Assembly: GCA_011525685.1 (NCBI GenBank)
Contig: WYBW01000049.1
Location: 40,280 to 104,279 of the forward strand
Length of the DNA: 64,000 nt
From: Verrucomicrobiia bacterium
GTDB lineage: Bacteria > Verrucomicrobiota > Verrucomicrobiia > Limisphaerales > JADLHS01
Reading direction: 5' to 3'
Shown here: positions 40,844 through 50,445 of the stretch, one piece after another
Numbering within the stretch: position 1 is the stretch's first letter
Layout of the letters: the number at the start of each line of letters is the position of its first letter
The notes under the pieces: model-generated
What the model was told of the DNA's origin: nothing
Databases searched by the model: none
What the model saw: only the letters and a program-made list of their open reading frames with translations
Position numbers and translations under genes: made by a program

Positions 40844-41863
40844 ATGGAAGCCGCCGACTGGGTCAACTTGAGCGACGAGGAGTTGCTGGAGAAGCGCATC
40901 TCCCAGCTTGGCCTCCGGCTGGAAGGCAAGGAACTCCAACCGCTCGTGCAGCGGCTCTATGACGAGTTGACGCAAAAGGGCCTGATCTTTCATCCACCCT
41001 GCCACCTGGGCGACGAGTGGTTCGTGCCGGTGGGCGTGCCGGCCATTTTCATCCCGTTTTTTCTCGCGCACGAGCGGTTGCGGAAGCTCGAGCGCAAGAT
41101 GATGCTCGAGGTTGAGGGGGAAACGCCCGAGTGGTTCATGAAATTGATCCGGCACGAGGCGGCCCACGCTTATTTTTACGCCTTTCAGTTGCAGAAGAAG
41201 ACCAAGTGGCGGCGCATCTTTGGCGCGACGTCGGCGGAGGAAACGCCGCAGTTCTACCGTCCGCGCCCCTACAGCCGTTCGTTCGTGGTGCATCTGGACG
41301 ACTGGTACGCGCAGAGCCACCCCGATGAGGATTTCGCCGAGACGTTCGCCATCTGGCTGACGCCGGACCTGAACTGGCGGGAACGCTACCAGGGATGGAA
41401 GGCGCTGCAAAAACTGGAATACGTGGACGAACTGATGCGCTCGCTGGCCGGCAAGCCGCCGCTCCACCAGCCACCCTACCGCGTCGGCGACCACGACTGC
41501 CTCAACGTCAAACTCAAGACCTATTACCAGCGCAAGCGGAAACTCTACGAGGATTCGTATCCGGACTTTTACGACAATGACCTCCGGCAGTTGTTCGCCG
41601 CCGGTCCGGATGTGGAGGGCCGCGTGAAAGCGTCGGCCTATCTGCGGCATCACCGGCGGCAGTTGCGGGACGCCGTCTGCCAGTGGACCAACGAGAAGAA
41701 GTATCGCGTGAACAAACTGCTGACGCGGTTGATTGACCGCTGCGATCAACTGGATCTGCATCTCAAGGCTTACGATCCGCGGCAGAACCTGCAGGTCTCG
41801 GCCTATGTCACCACGCTGGTGATGAATTACCTGTTCACCGGCAAGTTCAAGCGGACCAAGTGA
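40844..41863 (+). CDS. Putative zinc-binding metallopeptidase (HExxH)
   Basis: The motif LIRHEAAHAYFY (HEAAH), followed by SHPDEDFAETFAIWL. The start is taken at MEAADW (40844). Confidence 0.6.
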   Translation: MEAADWVNLSDEELLEKRISQLGLRLEGKELQPLVQRLYDELTQKGLIFHPPCHLGDEWFVPVGVPAIFIPFFLAHERLRKLERKMMLEVEGETPEWFMKLIRHEAAHAYFYAFQLQKKTKWRRIFGATSAEETPQFYRPRPYSRSFVVHLDDWYAQSHPDEDFAETFAIWLTPDLNWRERYQGWKALQKLEYVDELMRSLAGKPPLHQPPYRVGDHDCLNVKLKTYYQRKRKLYEDSYPDFYDNDLRQLFAAGPDVEGRVKASAYLRHHRRQLRDAVCQWTNEKKYRVNKLLTRLIDRCDQLDLHLKAYDPRQNLQVSAYVTTLVMNYLFTGKFKRTK

Positions 41864-42888
41864 GGCTTGTGAAACGCAAACTCAAAATCCTTGCCCTGTT
41901 CGACGCGGTCGCGCCCACGACCCTCGACCAGGACCTGAGCGCCGAGCTCCAGACCGAGGATTGGAAAACCGAGGCGAGCGTGCTCAAGGCCCTTGGTGAA
42001 TTGGGTCACGCGACCGGGCATCTCGCGATCTTCGACGACCTCGATCTCTTGCGGCAGAAGTTGCAGCAGTTCGAGCCCGAGGTGATTTTCAACCTGGCCG
42101 ACCAGTTCAAGAACAACCGCGCCTTCGACCAGAACATCGTCTCCTATCTGGAATTGCACGGCGTGCCGTTCACCGGCTGCGGCTCCACCGGACTGACGCT
42201 CTGCAAGCAGAAGGGCATTTCAAAGAAAATCCTGGGCTACCATCGGATTCACGTCCCGGAGTTCACGGTGATTCCCCGCGGACGGCGCAGCGCGCGGCCC
42301 AAACGGCTCAAGTTCCCCATCGTGGTGAAACCGCTCAAGGAGGAGGCGTCCTACGGCATTTCCCAGGCCTCGTTCGTCGAGTCGGACGAGCAACTGAAGG
42401 AGCGCGTGCAGTTCATTCACGAGAAGTACGACAACGATGTGATCGCCGAGGAATACATCGAGGGGCGGGAGCTTTACGTGAGCCTTCTCGGCTATCATCG
42501 TCTGCAGGTCTTTCCCATTCGCGAGCTGGTCTTCAAGGAAGTCCCGCCCGACGAACCGAAGCTGGCCACCTACAAAGCGAAGTGGGACGAGGAATATCGC
42601 AAACGCTGGGGGTTGCAGAACCGGTTTGCCGAAGGGCTTGATCCCGCGGTCGTGCGCAAGATCGAGCAGACCTGCAAACGCATCTACCGGCTGCTGACGA
42701 TTGATGGTTACGCGCGCCTGGACCTGCGACTGACGGCCAACAACGAAATCTATTTCATCGAAGCCAATCCCAATCCGGCGCTCGCTCCCGACGAGGACTT
42801 CGCGCAGTCAGCCCTCCAGGCCGGCCTCCCTTACCCGCAGTTGATGGATCGCATCGTGCGGCTGGGGTTGAAGAGCGTGAGGGATTGA
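41860..42888 (+). CDS. ATP-grasp ligase (D-alanine--D-alanine ligase-like family)
   Basis: FPIVVKPLKEEASYGIS, IAEEYIEGRELYVSLLG and ARLDLRLTANNEIYFIEANPNP. The GTG start overlaps the peptidase stop (GTGA). Confidence 0.8.
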   Translation: MRLVKRKLKILALFDAVAPTTLDQDLSAELQTEDWKTEASVLKALGELGHATGHLAIFDDLDLLRQKLQQFEPEVIFNLADQFKNNRAFDQNIVSYLELHGVPFTGCGSTGLTLCKQKGISKKILGYHRIHVPEFTVIPRGRRSARPKRLKFPIVVKPLKEEASYGISQASFVESDEQLKERVQFIHEKYDNDVIAEEYIEGRELYVSLLGYHRLQVFPIRELVFKEVPPDEPKLATYKAKWDEEYRKRWGLQNRFAEGLDPAVVRKIEQTCKRIYRLLTIDGYARLDLRLTANNEIYFIEANPNPALAPDEDFAQSALQAGLPYPQLMDRIVRLGLKSVRD

Positions 42889-43492
42889 AGTCCCTCCGGC
42901 ACCGCCCAGCTCGGCTTGTAAAGAAACCTCCGGGAGCGATTCCGCCGCCGGCTGTTTCAGTCTCTCGAACTCCACCTTGTACACCTGGTGATTGGTGCCT
43001 ATGATCCGGTCCCACAGATTGAAATACAGGCCGTAGTTATGGCGCACGTAACGGTGGTGCATGTCGTGGTGCGTCGTGGTGTTGTGCCAGCGGGTCAGCC
43101 AGTGTTTTGCAAACCCGCGCGGCAGAATCTCCAATCCGCAATGCCCCACCACGTTCATCACCGTCATGTAGGTCAGCTCGCCCAGCAACAGGTAACGAAA
43201 GAGATGATCCGTGTAGGAAGCGCTGAACATCTTCCAGAGCGGCAGGCGGGCAATGTCCATCGCGGTCCGCATCACGGACAGGCCGTGCTCATCCCTTGGG
43301 CCGGCGGCCAACCCCCCAGATCAACCAGATCGCCAGCGCGACCAACAGCACCAGCCACCAAAGGTAACGCAACTCGCGCGCGGCGCGCTCGACGAACCCG
43401 AATGCGCTCGGGAACAGCAGCAGCAGCCCCGCCAGCACCGCCAGCAGCACCAGCAACTGGCAGCCGGCCTTCGCGCGCGGATGCAGGCTCAC
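42808..43492 (-). pseudogene. Fatty-acid hydroxylase/sterol desaturase-superfamily gene split by a frameshift in a homopolymer
   Basis: The downstream ORF ends with THHDMHHRYVRHNYGLYFNLWDRIIGT, the last His box of the family. The upstream 67-aa ORF encodes the TM N-terminus. The frames meet at a C6 run (43312-43317), and removing one base joins them. The first two His-box positions appear non-canonical. Confidence 0.5.
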
Positions 43493-44373
43493 GGCTCCGG
43501 GGTGTTCGCCGCCGGACCGAGCGGCAGCAGCAGACCGGCGCCCGGGTTATGGGGGTCGGACGGGACCACCAGCGGCGATTTCCCATTCCAGCGCTCGACG
43601 ATTTGCAGACGGAGAAATGCCGGATTCAGCTTTAATGCGTCACCGCGCACCCGGATGGCCTCGGCCTCGCCGCGCGCGCGGATGACCGCCGTCTCCGCTT
43701 CCACCTGCGTTTGCATTTGGGTGAAGCGCGCCTGGGCAGCCTGCTGCTCCGCCACCATTTTCGCCTCGATGGCCCGCTCGAGTTCCGCCGAGAGGTCAAT
43801 GTTGCGGATGACAATGTCCTCGACCCACAGGATGGCGCCGATCTTCTGTTTGGAGGCCGCGAGCGCCTGTTGTTTGATTTCCTCGCGTTCTTTGACGATC
43901 TGCTCGGCGGTCCGCAACGCCGTGACTTCCTTGATGGCTTCCTGGACGCGCGGCGCGATGAGGCTGTCGAAGGGATTGCCGGCGTATTGCCGGAAAATCT
44001 GCACGACCGAATCCTCCGGGATGCGATAAAGCACGCGCAATTCCACCGTCACCTGTTGAAGGTCCGAGGAGAAGCAGTCAGCCTTCACGCTCTCGGTTTT
44101 TTGCCGCACATCCACCGGCACGATGGTGGTGATGAAGGGAGACTTGAGGCCGAAGCCCTCGGGCAGGAACTGGTCCGCCGCCTTGCCGAGCGTGACCTTG
44201 ATGCCGCGCTGCCCGGGCTCGACCACGTAGGTCGTGGTCGAGGCCACGATGACGAGCACGAACACGAGCACGCCCGCGCCAATGAATTTGGCCAGGGCGG
44301 CGCGGCTCAGGTCACTGACGGGCAGTGCTCCGCCGCTGAACGGCGGGCGCGGATTGCGAGGAGGGGTTGGCAT
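43489..44373 (-). CDS. SPFH/band-7 (prohibitin-like) membrane protein, paralog 1
   Basis: N-terminal TM segment, an SPFH core (VEPGQRGIKVTLGK...LQQVTVELRVLYRI) and a coiled-coil AEQQAAQARF region. Confidence 0.85.
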   Translation of the reverse strand: MPTPPRNPRPPFSGGALPVSDLSRAALAKFIGAGVLVFVLVIVASTTTYVVEPGQRGIKVTLGKAADQFLPEGFGLKSPFITTIVPVDVRQKTESVKADCFSSDLQQVTVELRVLYRIPEDSVVQIFRQYAGNPFDSLIAPRVQEAIKEVTALRTAEQIVKEREEIKQQALAASKQKIGAILWVEDIVIRNIDLSAELERAIEAKMVAEQQAAQARFTQMQTQVEAETAVIRARGEAEAIRVRGDALKLNPAFLRLQIVERWNGKSPLVVPSDPHNPGAGLLLPLGPAANTPEP

Positions 44374-45184
44374 GTTCTCTTTGTTGGCGCAGGCGTTCCA
44401 GGTCCTGCATGGTCAGCACAAAATTGTCACCGCCGCCGACCACCAGGGGGGTCAGTCCGTCCCACTTGTCCACGATCTGCAATTCAATGTAGGTGGGATT
44501 TTCCTTCAACGCGTCACCCCGGATGCGGATGGACTCGGCTTCCCCTTTGGCTTTGATCACCGCCGTGTCGGCTTCGATTTGCGCGCGTTGTTGCAGAAAC
44601 TTCGACTTCGCCGCTTCCTGCTCCTGGACCATTTTGGCCTCGATGGCCTGCTCCAGTTCCTTGGTCAGGGCGATGTTCTGAATGACGATGTCCTCGACGA
44701 CCAACAACTCGCCGATCTTCCGGCGGGCCAGCTCGAGCGCGCGGGTCTTGATCTGCTCGCGATTCTTGACCACCTGCTCGGCGCTCTGGGTCGCGGTGGC
44801 TTCCTTGATGGCTTCATGCACCCGGGGGGAGACCAGATTCGCAAACGGGTCGCCATAATACTCCTGAAACAGCTTCACCACCGAGCTTTCCGGGATGCGA
44901 AACAGCACGCGCAGGTCCACCTGAATCTGTTGGAGGTCGGAGGAATAACATTCCGCCTTGTCCTCCTGGGTTTGTTGTCTGACGGAGAAGGCATGAATCG
45001 TGGTGATGAATGGCGCCTTGAAACCGAACCCCTCCGGTTTGAACGCGGGGGAAACTTTGCCCAGCGTCACCTGCACCCCGCGAAAACCGGGATGAATCAC
45101 GTAGGTTCCTGACGACGCCATGATCACCACCACGAAGATCAAAATGGCGATGCCAATCAGGCGGCTGATGTTTTGTGGATTCAT
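44312..45184 (-). CDS. SPFH/band-7 (prohibitin-like) membrane protein, paralog 2
   Basis: Same architecture. About half of the residues are identical to paralog 1 by eye. Confidence 0.85.
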   Translation of the reverse strand: MNPQNISRLIGIAILIFVVVIMASSGTYVIHPGFRGVQVTLGKVSPAFKPEGFGFKAPFITTIHAFSVRQQTQEDKAECYSSDLQQIQVDLRVLFRIPESSVVKLFQEYYGDPFANLVSPRVHEAIKEATATQSAEQVVKNREQIKTRALELARRKIGELLVVEDIVIQNIALTKELEQAIEAKMVQEQEAAKSKFLQQRAQIEADTAVIKAKGEAESIRIRGDALKENPTYIELQIVDKWDGLTPLVVGGGDNFVLTMQDLERLRQQREHANPSSQSAPAVQRRSTARQ

Positions 45185-45305
45185 GCTGTGCCGTGCGTTC
45201 GGTCCACTTTAGCCACGAAAAGGCTTGAGGCAAGCAAAACAGACCAGCCAATTGAAGGCTGCCTGTTGACGCCCGTTTGCCATGGTCCTCGGAGTCACCG
45301 GCGCC

Positions 45306-48158
45306 TCAGTGGCCGGTATCCAATGCGTGAATTGCCTGGCGCAGGCGGCGCTCGACGTGCTTCTGGCGCTCCGGCGCAAGAATTTTCCCACCGCCCACTT
45401 CCTGCACGTAAAGACTGTCAATGGCCGCGCCTTTCTCGGTGCAGATGCGCGCCGTCGAGATGTCCAACTGCAACTCCGTCAGCGTCTGCGCGATGGTGTA
45501 GAGCAGGCCGATGCGGTCCTCGGTTTCGATCTCAATCAGGGTGCGCGTCTCTGAGGCGTCGTTGTCCACAATGATGTGAGTGGGAATCCGTTCGCCGGAA
45601 TAGGCCTGGTAGAGCGGGCGAGAAAGGTTTCGGCGCGCGATCAACTCGTGGAGGTCCACGGTTTCGCCGGTCAGCACCCGCGCCAGCAACTGCTCGAACG
45701 CATCGCGTTGCGCGGGTGTGGCCGGCGTGCCGGCCACGGCGTCGGTGGCGAGGAACGTATCGAGCACGATGCCGTCGCTGCGGGTGAAGATTTCGGCGCT
45801 GAGAATGTTCAGTCCGGTGGCGCTGAGTGAGCCGGCGATTTTGCCGAACAGCCCCGCGCGATCCCAGGTGCAAACCTGCACGGCGCTGCAACCGCGATCC
45901 GGCTCGTTGCGCAAATTGATCACGGGCGCCAGCGCGCTTTCCTCCGACAGGATTTGCAGGCGCATGAAGCGATGGGCCAGGATGAGATCATCGTGAATCT
46001 CCCGCACGGTCCGGGCCTGGAAATAGCGCGGCGGCAGCGAGGCAACGTGCGCGTGGATTTCCTCGTCGTCCAGTTCGGGCGGCAGCAGGGCGCGAACCTC
46101 CTCCATGAGCGACTCGCGTTGTTTCTCGCCGGCGCGCACGAATTCCGTGGCCCCGGTGAGCAGGGGCATCGCCCGAAAATGCAGTTCCCAGAGCAGCGAG
46201 TCCTTGAAGCCGTTCCACAGTTCGTCGCTGGTGGCCCGGGCGTCCACGAACGTATGCAGGGTCAGCAGCACCAGCGCCTCGGCGGTCTGTATTTGCCGGG
46301 CAAACTGGCGGATGACGGCGGGATCATCCAGGTCGCGGCGTTGCGAAACGCTGGCCATGAGCAGGTGGTGACGGATGATCAACTGCAAGGTCTCCACCGC
46401 GGGCGCGTCCAGACCCAGGCGCCGTCCGACGCGCGCCGCCAGCCGCGCACCGGACTCGGAATGATTGCCGCGCCCGTCGGATTTGCCGGTGTCGTGCAGC
46501 AGCAGGGCCAGGTAGAGCAGCGACGGACGATCCAGACCCTGGAACAGCGGCGCGTATTTGAGGTAAGGCGCCTCCTTGGCTTCCCAGATGCGGTCCAGTT
46601 GCTCCACGCAGACCAGCGTGTGTTCATCCGCGGCGTACTGATGATAAAACTCGTGCTGCACCATGGCGGTCAGTCGGCCGAATTCCGGGAGGTATTTGCC
46701 CAGAAAATCCACTTCATGCATGGCGCGCAAGATCGGCGCCACGCTGCCCCGCTGGTTGAGGATGGTCAAAAACGTCTCCCGCACGTGCTCGTCCGCGAGA
46801 AAACTGCGATCCACGAGCGTAAGCTGATTGCGAATGAGTTGCGCCAGGTCCGGGTGCAGGCGCAGGCCGCGCTGTTGGGCGTGCAGGAAGACGCGCATCA
46901 ACCGGCGCGGCTGATCGCGAAAGACCCGGTTGGACGTGGCGTGGATTTCGCCCTCGAGAAACTTGAAACCATCCACCGGCTCGGTCACGGGCGGGCGGCC
47001 CTTGGGCAGAAACCGGCGCAGGGACAGCCTGCCCGCGGGCTGGGGCAGGAGAGCCAGGCGCTGCTCGAGGGTGCGGGTGATCAGGAAGATGCTGCGGGAA
47101 TGAAGGTACACCTCGCGCATGAAGCGCTCGATGCGCTTGCTGGGCGAGCGTTCGGTGTAGCCGAGATTGTGCGCGACAGCCGGCTGTAGATTCTTGGTCA
47201 GCGCATCGTGCTGGCGATTGACGTGATAATGCAGTTCGTTGCGCACGCGCAGCAGAAAATCGTAGGCCGTCTCGAGTTGCTTGCGCTCGCGGTCGCTTAC
47301 GAACTCGCGTTGCTGGAGATCGGCCAGCGAGCGGGTCCGGTATTTGAAGAACGCCATCCAGAGCAGGTTTTGAAAATCGCGCAAACCGCCGCAGCCATTC
47401 TTGATGTTCGGCTCCTGCATGAACGGCGAATTGCCGAACTTGGCCCGGCGCGTCGCCTGGTCCTCCACGCGCGCGGCGATGTAACGGGTTTCGTGCCCCT
47501 CCACGCAGCGGGCCACCACGGTCTTCTGGAAGCGCGCAAAGAGTTTCTCGTTGCCCACAATCAGTCGCGCCTCGATCAGCGACGTCTTGGTTTCGATGCT
47601 CCGCGGATCGGACTTGTCGTTGGCCATGGCGACACACTCGGCGATGGTGCGCACCGAGTGGCCGGGCTTGAGTCCCAGATCGAACAACGGCAGCCATACC
47701 CCGTCCATCACCTTCTCCAGCAGCGGCAGCGCGCGGGTTTGATTCGCCGCCACCTGACCTTCATGCAGGAACATCAGGTCAATGTCGCTGTGCGGATTCA
47801 ACTCCCGCCGGCCATAGCCGCCGAGGGCCACGACGGCGATGGGCGGGAACTCCCGGCGCGCCTGGTCCGAGAGCGCGTTCAACGCTGCCTCCCACAGATG
47901 TCGGATGAGATGATCGAGCAGGGCCGCGCGCGCCTGACAGATCACGATGCCGCCGGCGCCGTTCCGATGCGCCAGCTTGAGCCGGTGCGTTTCGACCTTG
48001 AGGAAACCCTGAAACCGCGCGCGTTCCTGATCAAAGACGCGGCCCGGCGGCAGCGGCAATCGCGCCGCGGCCGCCGCCTCGATCTTGTGCAACAGGTCCT
48101 GCATGGGCGCAAACAGGGTGCGGACAACGCGCGCGTGAAGCAAGCGAGGGCTGGCCAT
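45306..48158 (-). CDS. glnD: Bifunctional [protein-PII] uridylyltransferase/uridylyl-removing enzyme
   Basis: Nucleotidyltransferase motif GGYGRRELNPHSDIDLMFL, HD domain LLLHDTGKS, and two C-terminal ACT domains. The start is taken at MASPRLL (48158). The longer track ORF overlaps the sigma-factor gene. Confidence 0.9.
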   Translation of the reverse strand: MASPRLLHARVVRTLFAPMQDLLHKIEAAAAARLPLPPGRVFDQERARFQGFLKVETHRLKLAHRNGAGGIVICQARAALLDHLIRHLWEAALNALSDQARREFPPIAVVALGGYGRRELNPHSDIDLMFLHEGQVAANQTRALPLLEKVMDGVWLPLFDLGLKPGHSVRTIAECVAMANDKSDPRSIETKTSLIEARLIVGNEKLFARFQKTVVARCVEGHETRYIAARVEDQATRRAKFGNSPFMQEPNIKNGCGGLRDFQNLLWMAFFKYRTRSLADLQQREFVSDRERKQLETAYDFLLRVRNELHYHVNRQHDALTKNLQPAVAHNLGYTERSPSKRIERFMREVYLHSRSIFLITRTLEQRLALLPQPAGRLSLRRFLPKGRPPVTEPVDGFKFLEGEIHATSNRVFRDQPRRLMRVFLHAQQRGLRLHPDLAQLIRNQLTLVDRSFLADEHVRETFLTILNQRGSVAPILRAMHEVDFLGKYLPEFGRLTAMVQHEFYHQYAADEHTLVCVEQLDRIWEAKEAPYLKYAPLFQGLDRPSLLYLALLLHDTGKSDGRGNHSESGARLAARVGRRLGLDAPAVETLQLIIRHHLLMASVSQRRDLDDPAVIRQFARQIQTAEALVLLTLHTFVDARATSDELWNGFKDSLLWELHFRAMPLLTGATEFVRAGEKQRESLMEEVRALLPPELDDEEIHAHVASLPPRYFQARTVREIHDDLILAHRFMRLQILSEESALAPVINLRNEPDRGCSAVQVCTWDRAGLFGKIAGSLSATGLNILSAEIFTRSDGIVLDTFLATDAVAGTPATPAQRDAFEQLLARVLTGETVDLHELIARRNLSRPLYQAYSGERIPTHIIVDNDASETRTLIEIETEDRIGLLYTIAQTLTELQLDISTARICTEKGAAIDSLYVQEVGGGKILAPERQKHVERRLRQAIHALDTGH

Positions 48159-48197
48159 TGCGCGCAACCTTGTGCCGATTCCCTTGTTCAATAGACT

Positions 48198-48815
48198 TTG
48201 GCCGCGATGCCCGCCCATCCCGATCCCGACGCCGCCCTGATGCTCCGCGTGAAACAGGGCGACACGGCGGCTTTCACCCGATTGGTGGAAAAGTATCAGC
48301 AGCCGGTGATCAACCTGGCCTATCGCACCCTGCACGACCTCACCGAGGCGGAGGACCTGGCCCAGAACGTGTTCGTGCAGGTTTACAAATCCGCCCGCCG
48401 CTATCAGGCCTCGGCCAAGTTCTCCACCTGGCTCTTCACCATCACCCGCAACCTGTGCCTCAACGAAATCCGCCGCCGTTCCCGTCACCCGGCGGATTCC
48501 CTGGATCAGCCGCACCCGGATGCCGAGGAACAACCGCTGCACCAATTCGAAGACAAGGCCACGGCCGCGCCCCCGGAGCAACTCTTGCACGGCGAGCTGG
48601 AGGAAAAGATCGCGCGGGCGCTCACGGAATTGCCGGAAACCCAGCGCACCGCGCTGGTGCTCTGCCGCCAGGAAGACCTCAGTTACGAGGAAATCTCCGC
48701 CATTCTCGGTTGTTCTCTTTCTGCCACGAAATCGCTGATTCACCGCGGCCGGGAAACGCTCAAACTCAAACTCAAGCCCTACCTGAAAACGGGCGAGTGG
48801 GAGAGGGAGGAATGA
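48198..48815 (+). CDS. ECF (sigma-70 group 4) RNA polymerase sigma factor
   Basis: Region 2 (AEDLAQNVFVQVY, FSTWLFTITRNLCLNEIRRR) and region 4 (LPETQRTALVLCRQEDLSYEEISAILGCSLSATKSLIHRGR). Confidence 0.9.
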   Translation: MAAMPAHPDPDAALMLRVKQGDTAAFTRLVEKYQQPVINLAYRTLHDLTEAEDLAQNVFVQVYKSARRYQASAKFSTWLFTITRNLCLNEIRRRSRHPADSLDQPHPDAEEQPLHQFEDKATAAPPEQLLHGELEEKIARALTELPETQRTALVLCRQEDLSYEEISAILGCSLSATKSLIHRGRETLKLKLKPYLKTGEWEREE

Positions 48816-48859
48816 AGGCAACTTTCCCCGCCCGGCGGTGATTAACCCAGAGGTGACTT

Positions 48860-49378
48860 ATGAACCCTGATCCGCTTTACCAACGACTGTGCGAGACTGG
48901 CTGGCGGCGCAAGTTGACCGACGCCGAACAGGCCGAACTGCGCGCCCATCTCGCGCGCCATCCCGAGGCGCAGGCGGATTGGGAACTCGAAGCCGGCCTC
49001 AACGCCGGTCTGCGACGGCTGCCGGACGCGCCGGTGTCCTCCAACTTCACCACCCGGGTCTTGCAGGCCGTCGCGCTCGAAGCGGACGCGCGCCAGCGAC
49101 CGGAGCGGTGGACTCCCGCGTGGTGGTGGCGGGTGTTGATTCCCCGCGCGGCGGTGGCGGCGTTGCTGCTGGGGGCGGGCTGGTTTGGGTACGAGCGCAT
49201 CAAGGTTGAGGAATACAAGGGAATCGCCAACGGCCTGGCCGTGGTCGCCGTGGTGGCCGCTCCGCCCAGCCCCCAGGCGCTCGAGGACTTTGAAGCCATC
49301 CGCCGCCTGAATCTCGCCACGACTGCCGACGAGGAGTTGCTCGCGTTGAACGAGGAACTGCTGGCCTTGATGCCATGA
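48860..49378 (+). CDS. Putative anti-sigma factor (single TM)
   Basis: It follows the ECF sigma gene. It has an N-terminal helical region, a central TM segment (VLIPRAAVAALLLGAGWFGY) and a short C-terminal domain. Confidence 0.55.
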   Translation: MNPDPLYQRLCETGWRRKLTDAEQAELRAHLARHPEAQADWELEAGLNAGLRRLPDAPVSSNFTTRVLQAVALEADARQRPERWTPAWWWRVLIPRAAVAALLLGAGWFGYERIKVEEYKGIANGLAVVAVVAAPPSPQALEDFEAIRRLNLATTADEELLALNEELLALMP

Positions 49379-49379
49379 C

Positions 49380-50303
49380 ATGACTGCGACACGGCGCAAA
49401 TATCCTTGTTGGCTGGCCGCATTGGGCGCGATGGCGTTGCTGGCCGGAGTCCTGAGTTGCGTTGCCGCCGAGTCGTCCGGGCGGGTCGGTGTTGAAGGTG
49501 CGCGGACCAATGCCGGTCCGCCGCTGCCGACGGCGAAATCACCCGTGGATTCCTTCCGCACCCTGCTTGTGATGCCGGCCGATGAGCGGCAAAAGCTGTT
49601 GGTGACACGTCCGCCGGAAATCCGCCAGCGCATTCTGGAGAAGATCGAGGAATACCGCTCCCTCACGGCGGAAGAACGCGAGTTGCGACTTCAGGCCACC
49701 GAACTGCGCTGGTATCTGACGCCCTTGCTGAGCCTGACGGCCACCAACCGTGCCGCCCAACTGGCGCGCATCCCGCAACCAACGCGCGATCTGGTCGAGG
49801 CCCGGCTCCGACACTGGACATTGTTGCCGCCGCCGCTGCGGCAAGTCCTGCTCACCAACCAACAGGCCATGTCCTTCTTGACCGGGGGCGCTTCCACCAA
49901 TGCCGTGCCCACGCCGGCAGACGCTTTGCGGCACCGGATTCAGCAAACTGTCGAACGATTCTTTGAACTGACGGAAAAGGAGAAACAAAAAACCCTGGGC
50001 AGTTTCTCCGAAGCGGAGAGGCTGCAGATGGAAAAGACACTCGCTGCTTTTGAACAATTGACGCCCGCCCAACGCGCGCGTTGCGTCCGTTCCTTCACCA
50101 AGTTCGCCACCCTCAGCGCGGAGGAGCGCCAGGAATTCCTCAAGAACGCCGAGCGGTGGTCGCAGATGTCGCCGACGGAACGCGAGGCCTGGCGGGAACT
50201 GGTCAGCCGCGCACCCATCCTGCCGCCCCTGCCACATCCGCCTCCGCCCCGCCCGGCCCTTCCCCTCCAATCCGCCCTCCCGGTCGGCACGAACGGGCAG
50301 TAA
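49380..50303 (+). CDS. Secreted DUF3106-like repeat protein
   Basis: Signal peptide, and repeated helical motifs of the type ERQEFLKNAERWSQMSPTEREAWRELV. It is the third gene of the ECF cluster. Confidence 0.6.
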   Translation: MTATRRKYPCWLAALGAMALLAGVLSCVAAESSGRVGVEGARTNAGPPLPTAKSPVDSFRTLLVMPADERQKLLVTRPPEIRQRILEKIEEYRSLTAEERELRLQATELRWYLTPLLSLTATNRAAQLARIPQPTRDLVEARLRHWTLLPPPLRQVLLTNQQAMSFLTGGASTNAVPTPADALRHRIQQTVERFFELTEKEKQKTLGSFSEAERLQMEKTLAAFEQLTPAQRARCVRSFTKFATLSAEERQEFLKNAERWSQMSPTEREAWRELVSRAPILPPLPHPPPPRPALPLQSALPVGTNGQ

Positions 50304-50445
50304 TGGCGAGGCTGGCCCGTGAGTTGCCTTGAGCAGCAGGGGTAGAACTTGGCGGGCGCAAGACCGGCCTGTACTTCGACCGCACTCCCGGTCGTCGCCA
50401 AATTTCAAATTTCTTTCGCCTGGCACCCGCTTTACGCTGAACGCC

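Noticed and set aside
48159-48821. The N-terminal 221 codons of the 1171-aa track ORF containing glnD.
   Set aside because: This part lies antisense to the well-supported ECF sigma gene and has no GlnD homology. GlnD-like sequence begins after MASPRLL.
50421-50435. A sigma-54-like sequence, TGGCACCCGCTTTAC, upstream of lgt.
   Set aside because: The -12 element reads TTAC instead of TTGC, so the invariant G is missing. Housekeeping lgt is not an expected sigma-54 target.
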